Positions 26,312 through 38,280 are shown, counted from the stretch's first letter. The stretch: DNA of 64,000 nt from Escherichia coli (GCF_003334785.1 NZ_QOWV01000001.1); one strand, 5' to 3'. The notes: generated by a model not told the origin, from the sequence alone. Numbers and translations: made by a program.

Positions 26312-27376
26312 ATGGTAACGTCCTGTACTGGACATGTTTTAGATAATCAACGCGCCACCACTCGCGGAGTTTTCTCCTCCGGTAGTCATCTCGTCACTTT
26401 GCATTTTCAACCTCATCCTTTCTTTTCATGTGTTACCGACGCCGTAAACGGTGCGCGTAGCCGTTTTTCGGCATTTTATCCAAAAGCAAACTATGGCTTA
26501 CAAGGAAGCCAACCCTCTGATGTTCGTGCGCATAATCGCGCTGCCAACGGCGCGTGTGATGAATACAAACAACTCAAGGTGCTCTCCATGGGAAGACAAA
26601 AAGCAGTGATCAAAGCTCGTCGCGAGGCAAAACGTGTGCTGAGACGGGATTCGCGCAGCCATAAGCAGCGTGAAGAAGAATCGGTCACCTCGCTTGTGCA
26701 GATGGGCGGCGTAGAAGCCATTGGTATGGCCCGCGACAGTCGCGATACTTCGCCCATCCTCGCGCGAAATGAAGCGCAATTGCACTATCTGAAGGCTATT
26801 GAGAGTAAGCAGCTGATATTCGCCACGGGCGAAGCCGGGTGCGGAAAAACCTGGATCAGCGCAGCAAAAGCGGCAGAGGCCCTGATACATAAGGATGTCG
26901 ACAGGATTATCGTCACCCGTCCAGTTCTGCAAGCCGATGAAGATCTTGGCTTCTTACCTGGAGATATCGCAGAAAAGTTTGCTCCCTATTTTCGCCCGGT
27001 CTACGACGTGCTGGTCCGGCGCTTAGGGGCTTCCTTTATGCAGTACTGCCTGCGACCGGAAATAGGGAAGGTGGAAATTGCGCCGTTCGCCTATATGCGT
27101 GGACGTACCTTTGAAAATGCAGTCGTCATTCTTGACGAGGCGCAGAATGTGACTGCCGCGCAAATGAAAATGTTTTTAACCCGCCTCGGGGAGAACGTGA
27201 CGGTTATCGTCAACGGTGATATCACGCAATGCGATTTGCCTCGCGGCGTGTGCTCCGGATTAAGTGACGCGCTGGAACGTTTCGAAGAAGATGAAATGGT
27301 TGGGATCGTCCGGTTCGGTAAAGAGGACTGCGTACGTTCGGCACTTTGCCAACGTACGCTGCATGCCTACAGTTAA
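26312..27376 (+). CDS. phoH: Phosphate-starvation-inducible ATPase PhoH
   Basis: 354 aa; Walker A GEAGCGKT. Confidence 0.92.
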   Translation: MVTSCTGHVLDNQRATTRGVFSSGSHLVTLHFQPHPFFSCVTDAVNGARSRFSAFYPKANYGLQGSQPSDVRAHNRAANGACDEYKQLKVLSMGRQKAVIKARREAKRVLRRDSRSHKQREEESVTSLVQMGGVEAIGMARDSRDTSPILARNEAQLHYLKAIESKQLIFATGEAGCGKTWISAAKAAEALIHKDVDRIIVTRPVLQADEDLGFLPGDIAEKFAPYFRPVYDVLVRRLGASFMQYCLRPEIGKVEIAPFAYMRGRTFENAVVILDEAQNVTAAQMKMFLTRLGENVTVIVNGDITQCDLPRGVCSGLSDALERFEEDEMVGIVRFGKEDCVRSALCQRTLHAYS

Positions 27377-27394
27377 GTGTGTTATCGGTGCAGA

Positions 27395-27420
27395 GCCCGG
27401 GCGAACCGGGCTTTGTTTTG
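27395..27420. terminator. Bidirectional terminator between phoH and pgaD
   Basis: gcccgggcgaaccgggc hairpin followed by T-run. Confidence 0.7.
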
Positions 27421-27425
27421 GGTGT

Positions 27426-27839
27426 TTATGCCCGGACTAGCGCTTTTTCTGAAACAACCATTTTTATTTGCCCCTGGCTGGTGAAGTGTACGCTCATCCT
27501 GTGGCTTTTTTGTAGTTGCTGATAGAGCTCATCAGGTATTGCTAAGCTCTCTGCATATTCTTGCGGCGTATATTGGTAGGCTGCATGATGCTGCTGTTTT
27601 TGAAAACGCAGCTTATTGTACAGCGCCCAGACAATTAACACGACGGCATTCGCCACTGCCAGCAAAAAATAGAACTGAAGTCGGCTTCTGGCCTCGCTTT
27701 GCCAGTAATAACCCGTCAGCAGATCCATGGCGAATAAGAATATGAACAACGCAAATAATGTCCACAAGATGGTTGTGGCAACATAATCAACCAGTAAACG
27801 TACTGGTGATTGTCGGGTCGTAATAATTAAATTGTTCAT
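27426..27839 (-). CDS. pgaD: PGA synthase subunit PgaD
   Basis: 137-aa membrane ORF. Confidence 0.9.
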
Positions 27840-27840
27840 A

Positions 27841-29166
27841 TTAACCTCTCAGAATCCCGCGATCGGGACTTACCCAACGGGCGCGTTGCTTTTTAGGCAT
27901 CAACATGACTCGTGTAAATGATACCAATGTCGTTGCCAGGCTCAGCATCCAGAAAATAACCGGGAACCAAATAATCCAGAAAAGCGATGAAGTCAGATTA
28001 TGCTCATAGCGATTCTCGATCATCAGGCTGACAATAAATTGCAGTAAACATAACGTACACAATAATATTCCGGCAGTATGTGTCGCAGCGATATGTGTCA
28101 ATTCAATATTTAACGGTACACCGGCAAGTTGGACTGCGTAAATAATGAAACCGACCAGGCAGGTGAAGGCCCATATTGTCGTCAGGCAGTATTCAAAAAA
28201 CAGCGGCCACATTCGAAAGTTTTCTTTGCGCCACAACCTTGTCATATTTTTGAGGAATACTTCTGCACCGCCCTGAGCCCAGCGCAGGCGCTGTTTCCAC
28301 AGCCCTTTTAACGTTTCAGGCATTAATATCCAGCACAGTGCCCGTGGCTCGTAAAAAATCGTCCACTGATTCAACTGCAGCTTCCAGCTAATATCAATAT
28401 CTTCGGTGATCATATCGTCACTCCAGTAACCCACTTCTGCCAGGGCGCTGCGACGAAATGCGGCAATAACACCGGAAACGGTAAATACGTTTCCATAGAT
28501 ACGCTGGGTTCGCTTGATCAAACCAATAATTGAGGAATACTCGCCAACCTGAATTTTACCCACCAGGGTAGAACGTGTTCGAATACGAGGATTACCGGTT
28601 ACGGCACCCACACGCGGGTTGTACAACATCGGTTCCACAATATATGCCGCCGCATCGCGGTCTAATAACGCATCGCCATCAATGCACACCAGATATTCAC
28701 TTTTCGCCGCGGCAGCTCCGGTTTTAAGCGCAATGGCTTTCCCCTGGTTTTGCGCCAGATGAATGACCCGCAAATGGGGAATTTGTGCAGCCATGCGATC
28801 CAGGATGGCACGGGTTTTATCTGTTGAACCGTCATTTACGGCAATAACTTCAATGTTCTCATAACGCTGTGCTAAAGCGGCGTGTATGGTTTCCTCAACG
28901 TTTTTCTCCTCATTAAAACAGGGAATGATAATGGAGATAGACGGATTATCTTTCAACTGGGGAGCTGGTGCGTTTTCTCCCCACGGCCAGTGGCGTTCAC
29001 GATAGACCCAGAAATAGACGCCGCCAACAATCCACATAATGGACATAAAAAACGGCCAGAAGAAAACGAACCTCATCATCAGTTCACCAGAGTGAAAGTA
29101 CGCTACGCATAGGGGTATGCATAACACCAGACATAATATAAAAAACGATACGATGCGATTAATCAT
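27841..29166 (-). CDS. pgaC: Poly-beta-1,6-N-acetylglucosamine synthase PgaC (GT2)
   Basis: 441 aa. Confidence 0.93.
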
Positions 29167-31177
29167 TTTTCGGATACCAGGCTGTTGAAAACTCAGGACG
29201 AATAAGGTCTATTTCAGGTTGGTTATGCAGAAAATTGTCGGGATAATAACCATAGTTTTTCATTCCATTCAGTTGTAATAGGCTCATCCAGTGAGCGAGT
29301 TGTTGCGAAGAAATAGCCTGATGCTGACCATTTTTCTGCCAGTTTTGTGCCTGTAATTCTAAAATAGATTTGTCTTTAGCCTGAGGGATGTTTTTAATTT
29401 GATTGGTCAATTGTATTAACCATTGGTCAGCCGATTTTTCTGCGACACCTTCCAGATAAGGCATAGCCATAATAGCGGTCCAGTCATAGCTTTTTAGGAA
29501 ATCAGCATAATTCTGTGCAAACCAGGCTTCACTTTCAGGTTGTATTACCGGAAGTGCAAAAATATTTCGTGCAGTTTTAATATGTGGACCGCGAATGGCT
29601 TTTACGCGCGCACTAAGTTCTAAAGTGAAGTCAGTTAACGCACGACTTTTAAAGCGGGCCCACTGTTTAAATTGCTCCGGGTTTTGTCGAATTTCGCTCA
29701 GACTCCCGCTAAAGCCTGCTTGCTGATAAGCCGTGATAGCCGGTGCACTGGCATCTTCATAATCTGAAAGCAAAGCATCATCGTGGAACAATATGCCATC
29801 AAAAGCAGCATGTCCGGCAAGATCTTCATATAACATGCCAACTTGTGCTCTGACTCTGTCATCGAAAGGAGAGAGACGGTGATATTGTTCAGGATGAATT
29901 TGTGCTTTTTTCTCCCCTGTTGGTAAGTATTTTACTCGCGTTAATGTGGGATCTAAATCCCAGCTTAATACCGGCATCCACGCATAGATGTTTACACCTG
30001 AGCGGGTACGTAATTGCCAGGCAACCCGACTAAAAATATCTGCTTTCATTGGTAGCAAACGATTTGGAAACCAGACCTCTTTGACCAGCCCATCACCATC
30101 GGGATCAGCAAATGCCTGCAAATACACGGTTGATATTTGCATATCTTTCACCCGCTGAATTAGCACATCAATATTGCGATCCATTTGCTGGAGGTTTTCG
30201 TCATAAACGTAATCAAGATCGATATGCATTATCCGTTGTGGTGATTTTTCCTGTACGGTAATAATTTGCTGGGCAAACTCTTTTAATGAGGGATTATTGG
30301 CGATTAATACCCGCGGAATGGAATCCAATTGCGACGCATTTGCCAAACCTGATTCAAGGGTGAAGAACATGTCATAACCGAGTTTTTTTAATTCCTCTAT
30401 CGCTATGCCATTCGCTTCGCCATAAGGCCAAACAAAAACGTGTGGATTTACCTCAACCTTTGTACGCAGGTATTCCGTCATTTTTACAGCATCCAGACGA
30501 ATTCTTTCCCGGTATTCTGCTGCGGTTTCATACCGTGCGTGGTCAGTAAAATATGCACGATTTACATATACAGGCAATAAGCTGCCGGTGGCATTAGCCT
30601 GAATACCGTAGTGAGAATTCCATGTATGAGAAGCGAGCTCAACGAGCCGGGAACGCGCAACTTCTCGCACTTGTTGCCACGTGGCAAAATATTCTCGATC
30701 GACCAACTCATCGCCAAATTTTACTTGTTTATCCGCTGGCGTATCGACCCAACTGCCGACGGGGGCCCATACAGCAGGCCACTGGAAGGCCTGAAGAATT
30801 GGGAAGACGCGGGTATAAAAACTCTGGTAGCCGTCATCAAAAGTCAGCACTACAGCTTTTTCCGGTAGCGGTTTTCCTCCTCGATGTGCTTCACGAATTT
30901 GAGCAATACTGACCGGTTGATAACCGTTCTCGCGCAGCCAGGCAAATTGTTCACGCAGTGCTGATGTCCGCACTGACATAAAACGCTGGTCGGCAGCTTC
31001 GTCTTCAACGTTATGCCATGAAATCGCTACAAAACCATTATGCGGCCACGGTTGCTCGGCGAGTAAAGATTCGCGATCCTGTGGCGGTATAAATGATGTT
31101 CTTGACTGGCTAATGCACGCGGTGAGCATAATTATACTCACCAGCATCAGGAGATATTTATTTCCATTACGTAACAT
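29159..31177 (-). CDS. pgaB: PGA N-deacetylase / export lipoprotein PgaB
   Basis: 672 aa, lipobox LTAC; overlaps pgaC by 8 bp. Confidence 0.93.
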
Positions 31178-31185
31178 ATTTATCC

Positions 31186-33609
31186 TTAAAATCTGAATGT
31201 CATATCGAATTCAACGTATAAGTTGTGTTCTCTGTCACCGTCATAAGGTCGTTTTTCCCAGCGTAGCGTTGCGCCAGCATCAATCACGTCATTCCAACTA
31301 ATGCGTTGCCCGTAGCCGAGTTGGGTGACGACATCCGTGCCATAATGTTTTTGCCAGGAGGCACCAACACCTGCGCTGAATATTTGCTCCCAGCTATTTT
31401 CATAGCTTCGCCATAACAAATGGCTTGCCTCAAATGCCGGAACAATATCGAACGTTTTTATAGGGTTGTAGTATGGGGTATCGTGTTCTGTATTTTGTTC
31501 GTAATACAGACTGGGTAGGAAATCGACAATCAAATATGGTGAAGACCAGATGCGTTCCTGACCCTCAAGTGAGACTTCATGACGCTGGTTACTGTCGGAA
31601 AAATCAGTGAAAGCCCAGGAGACACCGTACTTACGCCGCTCATTTTGATACCAGCGAACATAAGCCTGAGCACTGTTGCCTGTAACACCATTTTTCATTG
31701 CCCGTAATGGAACGCGGTGAGAGAGGCGTTCCAGTTGCGAACCAATACGCCAGTTATCATTAAAATCATACCAGCCAGACAGGCGCGCGCCGGGTTTATG
31801 CTCATGATTGAAAACGCGTTCAGCGTACTCTGCCTCGAGCCAGATATTACGTGACCGCCACTCAACACCCGCAAGCCAGTCGCGAACAATCCCTTTTCCT
31901 TCGCTAAATTGTCCATCGGCATAACCGAATCCAGCAAAACCGCGCCAGTTATCCTTCAGCGGTGGTGAATAAACGATGGTGGTTAAGTCGACATCATGTT
32001 TACCACTATCCGGGCCTTCGGCATCAATTCCTGTTGAGCCAGCGATACGAAGCTCTGCAAGATTATGTACATCAACCGCACGTTTTAATCGTACAACGCC
32101 GGGATCTTGCGGTTCACGTTCGACAACATCGTGCGTTAAGACAGCTGCCTGCTGCCATTCTTGTAACGTTAATGCTGTCCAGGCTTGTTCAACCTCCAGA
32201 TTAATATTACGTGGCTCGATCACTTCTGCTTTTTTTAATTCATTTTCTGCTGCACGAGGCCAACCGCGGGCTTGTAACACACTCGCGTAATCAATGCGCA
32301 GTCCCTGATTTCCTGGTGCGTTATAAGCAAGCTCTCTGGCTGTCATTTCAGCCTGAGGAAGATCATTACTATATTTTGCTACGGTTGAGAGAAACGAATG
32401 CCCCTGTAACCAGGTATCATTCGGGATGCTCGTAGGCGTGCCCATTAACCGAAGGAAAGGCGGCGAAGTATTAATGGTATGTTGGGTGACAGTTAGCGCG
32501 CCCGGATAATTTTCACTCTCCAGGTGGCTGTAAAAGAGATCCGCAAGTTCTTCATCGGATAAATCCGGGGCAATGGTCTCCTTGTGATAAAAGAGCTCGG
32601 TCATTATTGACTGTGCTTTTTTCGGCTGATGATCTTTGAGATAAGCCGATGCAACCCAATATTGCCCCCAGGGCGGAATAATTTGCCCCGTCTTTTTTAA
32701 TCGCTGATAGTGAGAAATAACGTCTTTATAACGATCGCGAGTTAATAACGCGCCAAGATGATCAACCTGAATACGCTGGTACTGGGCAGTGCGGTCTGGG
32801 TTATCGTGCCACAGAATTTCTAATGCAGCGTATTGGGCGAGGGCGCGATCGGCAATGGCATAACGTTCACTTTCACTGCGCGTAGGCATAAACGACAGTC
32901 TGACCAGTTCGGCATGAATATCAGCGCGAATATCTGGCGTTAAATTGGCATCGTCAATCGCGGCAGCAAGTTGATTATTACGTAATGCCTGCACGTATTC
33001 TGTGGGATATTGTTGCGTAGATGCATTTTCAGGTAATGACTCTGTCATCGCCCGTAATTCATCCTGATGACGCCCCGCCAGTTTATAGATATAGGCTTCT
33101 GCGAGTAAATTGGCTTTGTCCGGTGCTCCAGAGTTAAGCTGCTTAAGTTTAACCAGCGCAGTATCATAGTGACCAGCATCTGCCAGGGTTAAAATTTGTC
33201 CCCGTTGATAATCCTTATTTTGCGGCTCCAGAGAGAGCGCCTTTTGCCACAGTGTAAGCGAGTTTTGCCATTGTTGCAGGTTACGATAAGCGACGGCGAC
33301 AGCTGCATAACCACGCGCTGGTAATTGCTGATGACGGTAGCGGTTGTAAACGGTAATAACCTGTTTATCTTGCCCGGCCCATAAGGCAATCTGTAACCAG
33401 TCAGCAATTTGGTTATTGCTGAGTGCTGATTTTAGTGCAAACCATGACAAAGCTGGCTGAGTATTACCCTTGCGAGCTTCAATAATCAATGCATCATAGG
33501 CGTTATTAACAGCACTCTTCGCCGCGGGACTCGCTGCTAAAAATGCGGCAGTAAGAAGTTTCAAAGCCCATTTGGTTTTCGGGCACCTTTTTCTGCTACT
33601 TGAATACAT
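31186..33609 (-). CDS. pgaA: PGA outer-membrane export porin PgaA (TPR plus beta-barrel)
   Basis: 807 aa. Confidence 0.93.
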   Translation of the reverse strand: MYSSSRKRCPKTKWALKLLTAAFLAASPAAKSAVNNAYDALIIEARKGNTQPALSWFALKSALSNNQIADWLQIALWAGQDKQVITVYNRYRHQQLPARGYAAVAVAYRNLQQWQNSLTLWQKALSLEPQNKDYQRGQILTLADAGHYDTALVKLKQLNSGAPDKANLLAEAYIYKLAGRHQDELRAMTESLPENASTQQYPTEYVQALRNNQLAAAIDDANLTPDIRADIHAELVRLSFMPTRSESERYAIADRALAQYAALEILWHDNPDRTAQYQRIQVDHLGALLTRDRYKDVISHYQRLKKTGQIIPPWGQYWVASAYLKDHQPKKAQSIMTELFYHKETIAPDLSDEELADLFYSHLESENYPGALTVTQHTINTSPPFLRLMGTPTSIPNDTWLQGHSFLSTVAKYSNDLPQAEMTARELAYNAPGNQGLRIDYASVLQARGWPRAAENELKKAEVIEPRNINLEVEQAWTALTLQEWQQAAVLTHDVVEREPQDPGVVRLKRAVDVHNLAELRIAGSTGIDAEGPDSGKHDVDLTTIVYSPPLKDNWRGFAGFGYADGQFSEGKGIVRDWLAGVEWRSRNIWLEAEYAERVFNHEHKPGARLSGWYDFNDNWRIGSQLERLSHRVPLRAMKNGVTGNSAQAYVRWYQNERRKYGVSWAFTDFSDSNQRHEVSLEGQERIWSSPYLIVDFLPSLYYEQNTEHDTPYYNPIKTFDIVPAFEASHLLWRSYENSWEQIFSAGVGASWQKHYGTDVVTQLGYGQRISWNDVIDAGATLRWEKRPYDGDREHNLYVEFDMTFRF

Positions 33610-33850
33610 CCTGTATTACTCCATGTATTGCCAAAATCTCTCTCTGTATCTAATTACAGGTAACTGAAAAGAAAGATATTTTTGCACCTCATAATCCGTT
33701 ATTAAACGCGGAAGAGAGACGTGAATTGTTGATGATGAGAAGAAGAAATGATGAGCAGAGTGTCCATATAAAATCCTTTTCTCGCCCGAAAATCCATTCC
33801 AATGATGAGGATCTTCAGGAATACGGCATAAATCCCAATGCCTTTTTCAA
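33610..33850 (-). promoter_or_regulatory. pgaA long 5' leader with multiple GGA (CsrA-type) motifs
   Basis: AT-rich untranslated leader; GGA motifs including one overlapping the SD (aGGAgtaatacaGGATG). Confidence 0.65.
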
Positions 33851-34195
33851 AATAAATTAGGATTAAAATAATTAAATCAGTAAATTCCGATGCATGATTT
33901 CGGATTTTTCGAAAGTCCTGATGAAAGGCTGCGCTACGGCACTCACGGATTTAATTGTTATTCCTAATGTATCTATGAATTAATGTTTTATAAGGATTTT
34001 CTATAACCATTTATAAGTATTTTCAAGCCTGGCTTGTTGCAAACAATGTATAAAGCACTTAGGCAATAATAATTACATTCAGCAACTATCATCATCGGTA
34101 TTGTTTGTGGGCGGAATTTCATATTGACAACAGTACAGTTCTTATATCTATTAATAATAGAAAGGGATCTACAACCTACAGATTGGTGTAGCTTT

Positions 34196-35554
34196 ATGGA
34201 AAAAGACTATTTGAGAATGAGTAGTACTGTATTAGTGAGCTTATTGTTTGGGCTTGCTTTGGTTTTGGTGAATAGTTGGTTTAATCAGCCAGGCGTTGAG
34301 GAAGTTGTTCCACGATCAACCTATCTGATGGTAATGATTGCTTTATTTTTTATCGATACTGTTGCATTTATTTTTATGCAGTTGTATTTCATTTATGACC
34401 GTAGGCAATTTTCAAACTGTGTACTTAGTTTGGCTTTTCTGAGTTGTTTGATTTACTTTGTTATAACCGTCATTATCATTCAGCAAATTATTGAGGAGCG
34501 TTTGACAAGCAGTGTTGTCCAAAATGACATTGCAATCTATTATTTGTTTCGTCAGATGAGTTTGTGCATATTAATATTTCTGGCATTGGTGAATAAAGTT
34601 AGTGAAAACACAAAACAGCGCAATTTATTTTCCAAAAAAATGACTTTGTGCATAAGTTTGTTTTTTGTTTTTGGGGGGCCGATAGTTGCTCACATACTTT
34701 CTAGTCATTATGAGAGCTACAATTTACACATTGCCGAGTTAACCAATGAAAATGGTCAGGTGGTTTGGAAAGCCTCATATGTTACCATAATGATTTTCAT
34801 GTGGTTAACCTTGCTTTCGGTTAATCTATACTTTAATGGTTTACGCTATGATATCTGGAATGGAGTGACGGTGATTGCTTTTTGTGCCGTACTGTACAAT
34901 ATCTCTCTGTTATTTATGAGCAGGTATAGCGTGTCCACTTGGTATATTAGTCGCACTATTGAAGTAGTCAGTAAGTTAACCGTTATGGTAATATTTATGT
35001 GCCATATATTCAGTGCGCTACGAGTAACAAAGAACATTGCACATCGCGATCCCTTAACCAATATATTTAACAGAAATTATTTTTTTAATGAACTGACAGT
35101 TCAATCAGCATCAGCCCAAAAAACGCCTTATTGCGTCATGATTATGGATATCGACCACTTCAAAAAAGTCAACGACACCTGGGGGCATCCGGTTGGCGAT
35201 CAGGTGATAAAAACAGTGGTGAATATCATTGGGAAAAGCATACGACCAGATGACCTTTTAGCGCGCGTCGGCGGCGAAGAGTTTGGCGTCTTGCTGACGG
35301 ACATCGATACTGAACGTGCGAAAGCTTTAGCGGAAAGGATTCGGGAAAATGTTGAGCGTTTAACTGGCGATAATCCTGAATACGCTATACCACAAAAAGT
35401 GACGATTAGTATTGGCGCTGTTGTGACTCAGGAAAATGCGTTAAACCCAAATGAGATCTATCGACTGGCTGATAACGCACTTTACGAGGCGAAAGAGACC
35501 GGGCGTAATAAGGTGGTTGTGAGGGATGTGGTGAATTTTTGTGAGTCACCATAA
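34196..35554 (+). CDS. dgcT: Diguanylate cyclase DgcT (YcdT), membrane-anchored GGDEF
   Basis: 452 aa from MEKDYLRMSS; GGEEF motif. Confidence 0.92.
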   Translation: MEKDYLRMSSTVLVSLLFGLALVLVNSWFNQPGVEEVVPRSTYLMVMIALFFIDTVAFIFMQLYFIYDRRQFSNCVLSLAFLSCLIYFVITVIIIQQIIEERLTSSVVQNDIAIYYLFRQMSLCILIFLALVNKVSENTKQRNLFSKKMTLCISLFFVFGGPIVAHILSSHYESYNLHIAELTNENGQVVWKASYVTIMIFMWLTLLSVNLYFNGLRYDIWNGVTVIAFCAVLYNISLLFMSRYSVSTWYISRTIEVVSKLTVMVIFMCHIFSALRVTKNIAHRDPLTNIFNRNYFFNELTVQSASAQKTPYCVMIMDIDHFKKVNDTWGHPVGDQVIKTVVNIIGKSIRPDDLLARVGGEEFGVLLTDIDTERAKALAERIRENVERLTGDNPEYAIPQKVTISIGAVVTQENALNPNEIYRLADNALYEAKETGRNKVVVRDVVNFCESP

Positions 35555-35594
35555 AGCGGCATTTTGATCCTACCCACGTAATATGGACACAGGC

Positions 35595-36461
35595 CTAAGC
35601 GAGGTTCTTGTTTTCAAATTGTTCCGGACTGAGGCCGCCACACCAACTGTGCCGCCGCCACCGATTGTAATCACATTCGATATAATTAAACACCGTTGCC
35701 CGCATTATTTCCCGGCTGATAAAGTGTTCTCCATGGATACATTCCACTTTCAGCGAATGAAAGAAGCTTTCCACGCAGGCATTATCGTAGCAGCAACCTT
35801 TTGCGCTCATACTTCCACGCAGATTATGCCGCTTCAGTTGCGCCTGATAATCTGCTGAACAGTACTGGCCTCCACGGTCCGTGTGAACGATAACGTTCCG
35901 GGGCCTCTTACGCCGCCACAGCGCCATCTGCAGGGCATCGCAGGCCAGTTGCGCCGTCATGCGTGGCGACATTGACCAGCCAATAACGGCACGTGACCAC
36001 AGGTCAATGACCACTGCCAGATACAGCCAGCCTTCATCTGTACGTAAGTACGTGATGTCTCCTGCCCACTTCTGGTTCGGGCCACTGGCGTAAAAATCCT
36101 GCTCCAACAGATTTTCTGACACAGGCAGGCCGTGTGCGCGGTAGCTGACCGGGCTGAACTTCCGGGAGGCCTTTGCCCTCAGTCCCTGACGGCGCAGGCT
36201 TGCCGCCACGGTTTTTACGTTAAAGGGGTAACCCTGAGCACGCAGTTCATCCGTCAGGCGTGGGGCACCGTAACGCTGTTTTGACCGGGTAAAAGCCGCG
36301 AGGACAACGCTGTCGCAGTGTTGGCGGAACTGCTGACGCGTGCTTATCCTTGTCCGCCGCTGACACCACGTATACCAGCCGCTGCGGGCCACCCGGAGCA
36401 CGCGGCACATTGCTTTGATGCTGAACTCAGCCTGATGTTTTTCAATAAAGACATACTTCAT
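35595..36461 (-). CDS. insF: IS3 transposase OrfB (InsF)
   Basis: 288 aa, DDE integrase-like. Confidence 0.93.
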
Positions 36462-36757
36462 TTCAGGCGCTTCGCGAAGTATGTCGCGGCCTTTTGGAGG
36501 ATAGCCAGCTCTTCATCCCGTTCTGCCAGCTGGCGTTTGAGACGTGCAATCTCGGTAGACATCTCCAGTTCACGTTCAGAAGACGTCTGCTGATTTTGCT
36601 GTTTACTGCGCCAGTTGTAGAGTTGTGATTCATACAGGCTGAGTTCACGGGCTGCGGCAGTAACACCGATGCGTTCAGCAAGCTTCAGGGCTTCACTGCG
36701 AAATTCAGGCGAATGCTGTTTACGGGGTTTTTTACTGGTTGATACTGTTTTTGTCAT
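36458..36757 (-). CDS. insE: IS3 transposase OrfA (InsE)
   Basis: 99 aa from [18 protein letters not shown]; overlaps insF in -1 frame arrangement. Confidence 0.92.
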
Positions 36758-36822
36758 GTGAGTCACCTCTGACTGAGAGTTTACTCACTTAGCCGCGTGT
36801 CCACTATTGCTGGGTAAGATCA

Positions 36823-37166
36823 GTGCCTGGCACACGCGTTTGATGGAAGACGGCGTTCAGGCAATGCGCGATTATCTTGCCGGACTGGATATCGCTTCGC
36901 CAGAGCATCAGGTTCTGATGAACGTAACAGCAAAAAGCGAGGTCGCTCCGTCAATTATCAAAGAAAATCTCTCATTACACTTAACTCATACGGTGAAATG
37001 GACTGAATCTCTCGATACATTTCTGAATATGCCAACCCCGGTAGCTTTCCTTGAAATAAGTAATAAGCCCTATTTGGGGAATATGTTAAATGATTTTGCT
37101 GGCGTGGATCAGCAACGAGTTATGCATTGTCGTAAAGCATTTAGTGATGCAAAGGTATTCAAATGA
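36823..37166 (+). pseudogene. ymdE: ymdE, C-terminal fragment of a FabD-like malonyl-CoA:ACP transacylase, truncated by IS3
   Basis: ORF-track frame starts inside the IS3 terminal repeat; no plausible own start. Confidence 0.75.
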
Positions 37167-38149
37167 TTCCTGATTATTTAACTTTTATTCGCTTTCAGGA
37201 TAAACGAAATCTGATATACATTTATGCTATTGGACTTATTCTGATAGGCTTTTATTGGAAGAATGCAGGGTTTACTTTTCCATCAGAGGATATTGGTGTA
37301 GTTAGTGGGATTCTGGCTCTGGTGCTGTATAATTTTATTTTTGATCTCAAGGCGTACTGGGCTTATAAATGCGTCACGAAGAATATCGATTTTTCGTGGT
37401 TTAAGAAAAAGCAGAACCACAAAATAGAATTATTTCTTACACAACCTCTGGTGGCAGGATTTCTGTCGTTAATCATGTTGAGTGCAATGAGTTGGGGGCT
37501 ATACCAGCTTCTACCCTCGTTATATGCGCTGTTCCTGATTTCGTTACTTGGGCCGTTGGTCATCTTTCTGCTGTTTCGGATGATCCGCACCAGTTATGTC
37601 AAGCAGGTCGCTATTTCAGTAGCGAAAAAAGTAAAATATAAAAGTCTGACTCGCTATGTGCTGCTTTCGGTGTGCATCTCAACGGTTGTTAACCTGCTTA
37701 CTATCAGCCCGTTGCGTAACAGTGATTCTTTTGTGACAGAGGGGCAGTGGTTAACGTTTAAATCGATAATTGCATTGCTCATTCTTTGTGGCGTAGTGTT
37801 GGCGATTAATCTGTTTTTTCTGCGCTTCTCCAAGCGGTACGCTTTTCTGGGCAGGCTTTTTTTGCAGGAAATCGATCTGTTTTTCTCCAGTGAAAATGCG
37901 TTGTCGACCTTTTTTGCCAAGCCGCTTTGGCTTCGGTTATTCATATTGCTGGTTATTGAAGTGATGTGGATTACGCTGGTGTCGGTATTGGCAACGCTTG
38001 TAGAATGGCGGATTTGGTTTGAAGCCTATTTTTTACTCTGCTATGTACCGTGCTTAATTTACTATTTTTTCTATTGTCGATTCCTCTGGCATAACGATTT
38101 TATGATGGCATGTGACATGTATTTCCGTTGGGGGCATTTTAATAAGTGA
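37163..38149 (+). CDS. ycdU: Uncharacterised polytopic inner-membrane protein YcdU
   Basis: 328-aa AT-rich ORF with multiple hydrophobic segments. Confidence 0.85.
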
Positions 38150-38280
38150 GGAAGTGATAGGAAGTGACCAGATAATACATATATGTTCTGTACTCTCTTG
38201 CGCATTTTGATTGTTGACTGAGTAACCAGACAGTTGATGTGCACGATTTCCCCTCGCCCTAACAGACGTGGGCGGGGGCA

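Larger units (their letters stand above)
35565..36822 (-). mobile_element. IS3 insertion sequence (1258 bp) with terminal inverted repeats
   Basis: Ends tgatcctacccacg ... cgtgtccactattgctgggtaagatca; encodes insE/insF; flanking triplets differ (ttt vs gtg). Confidence 0.93.
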
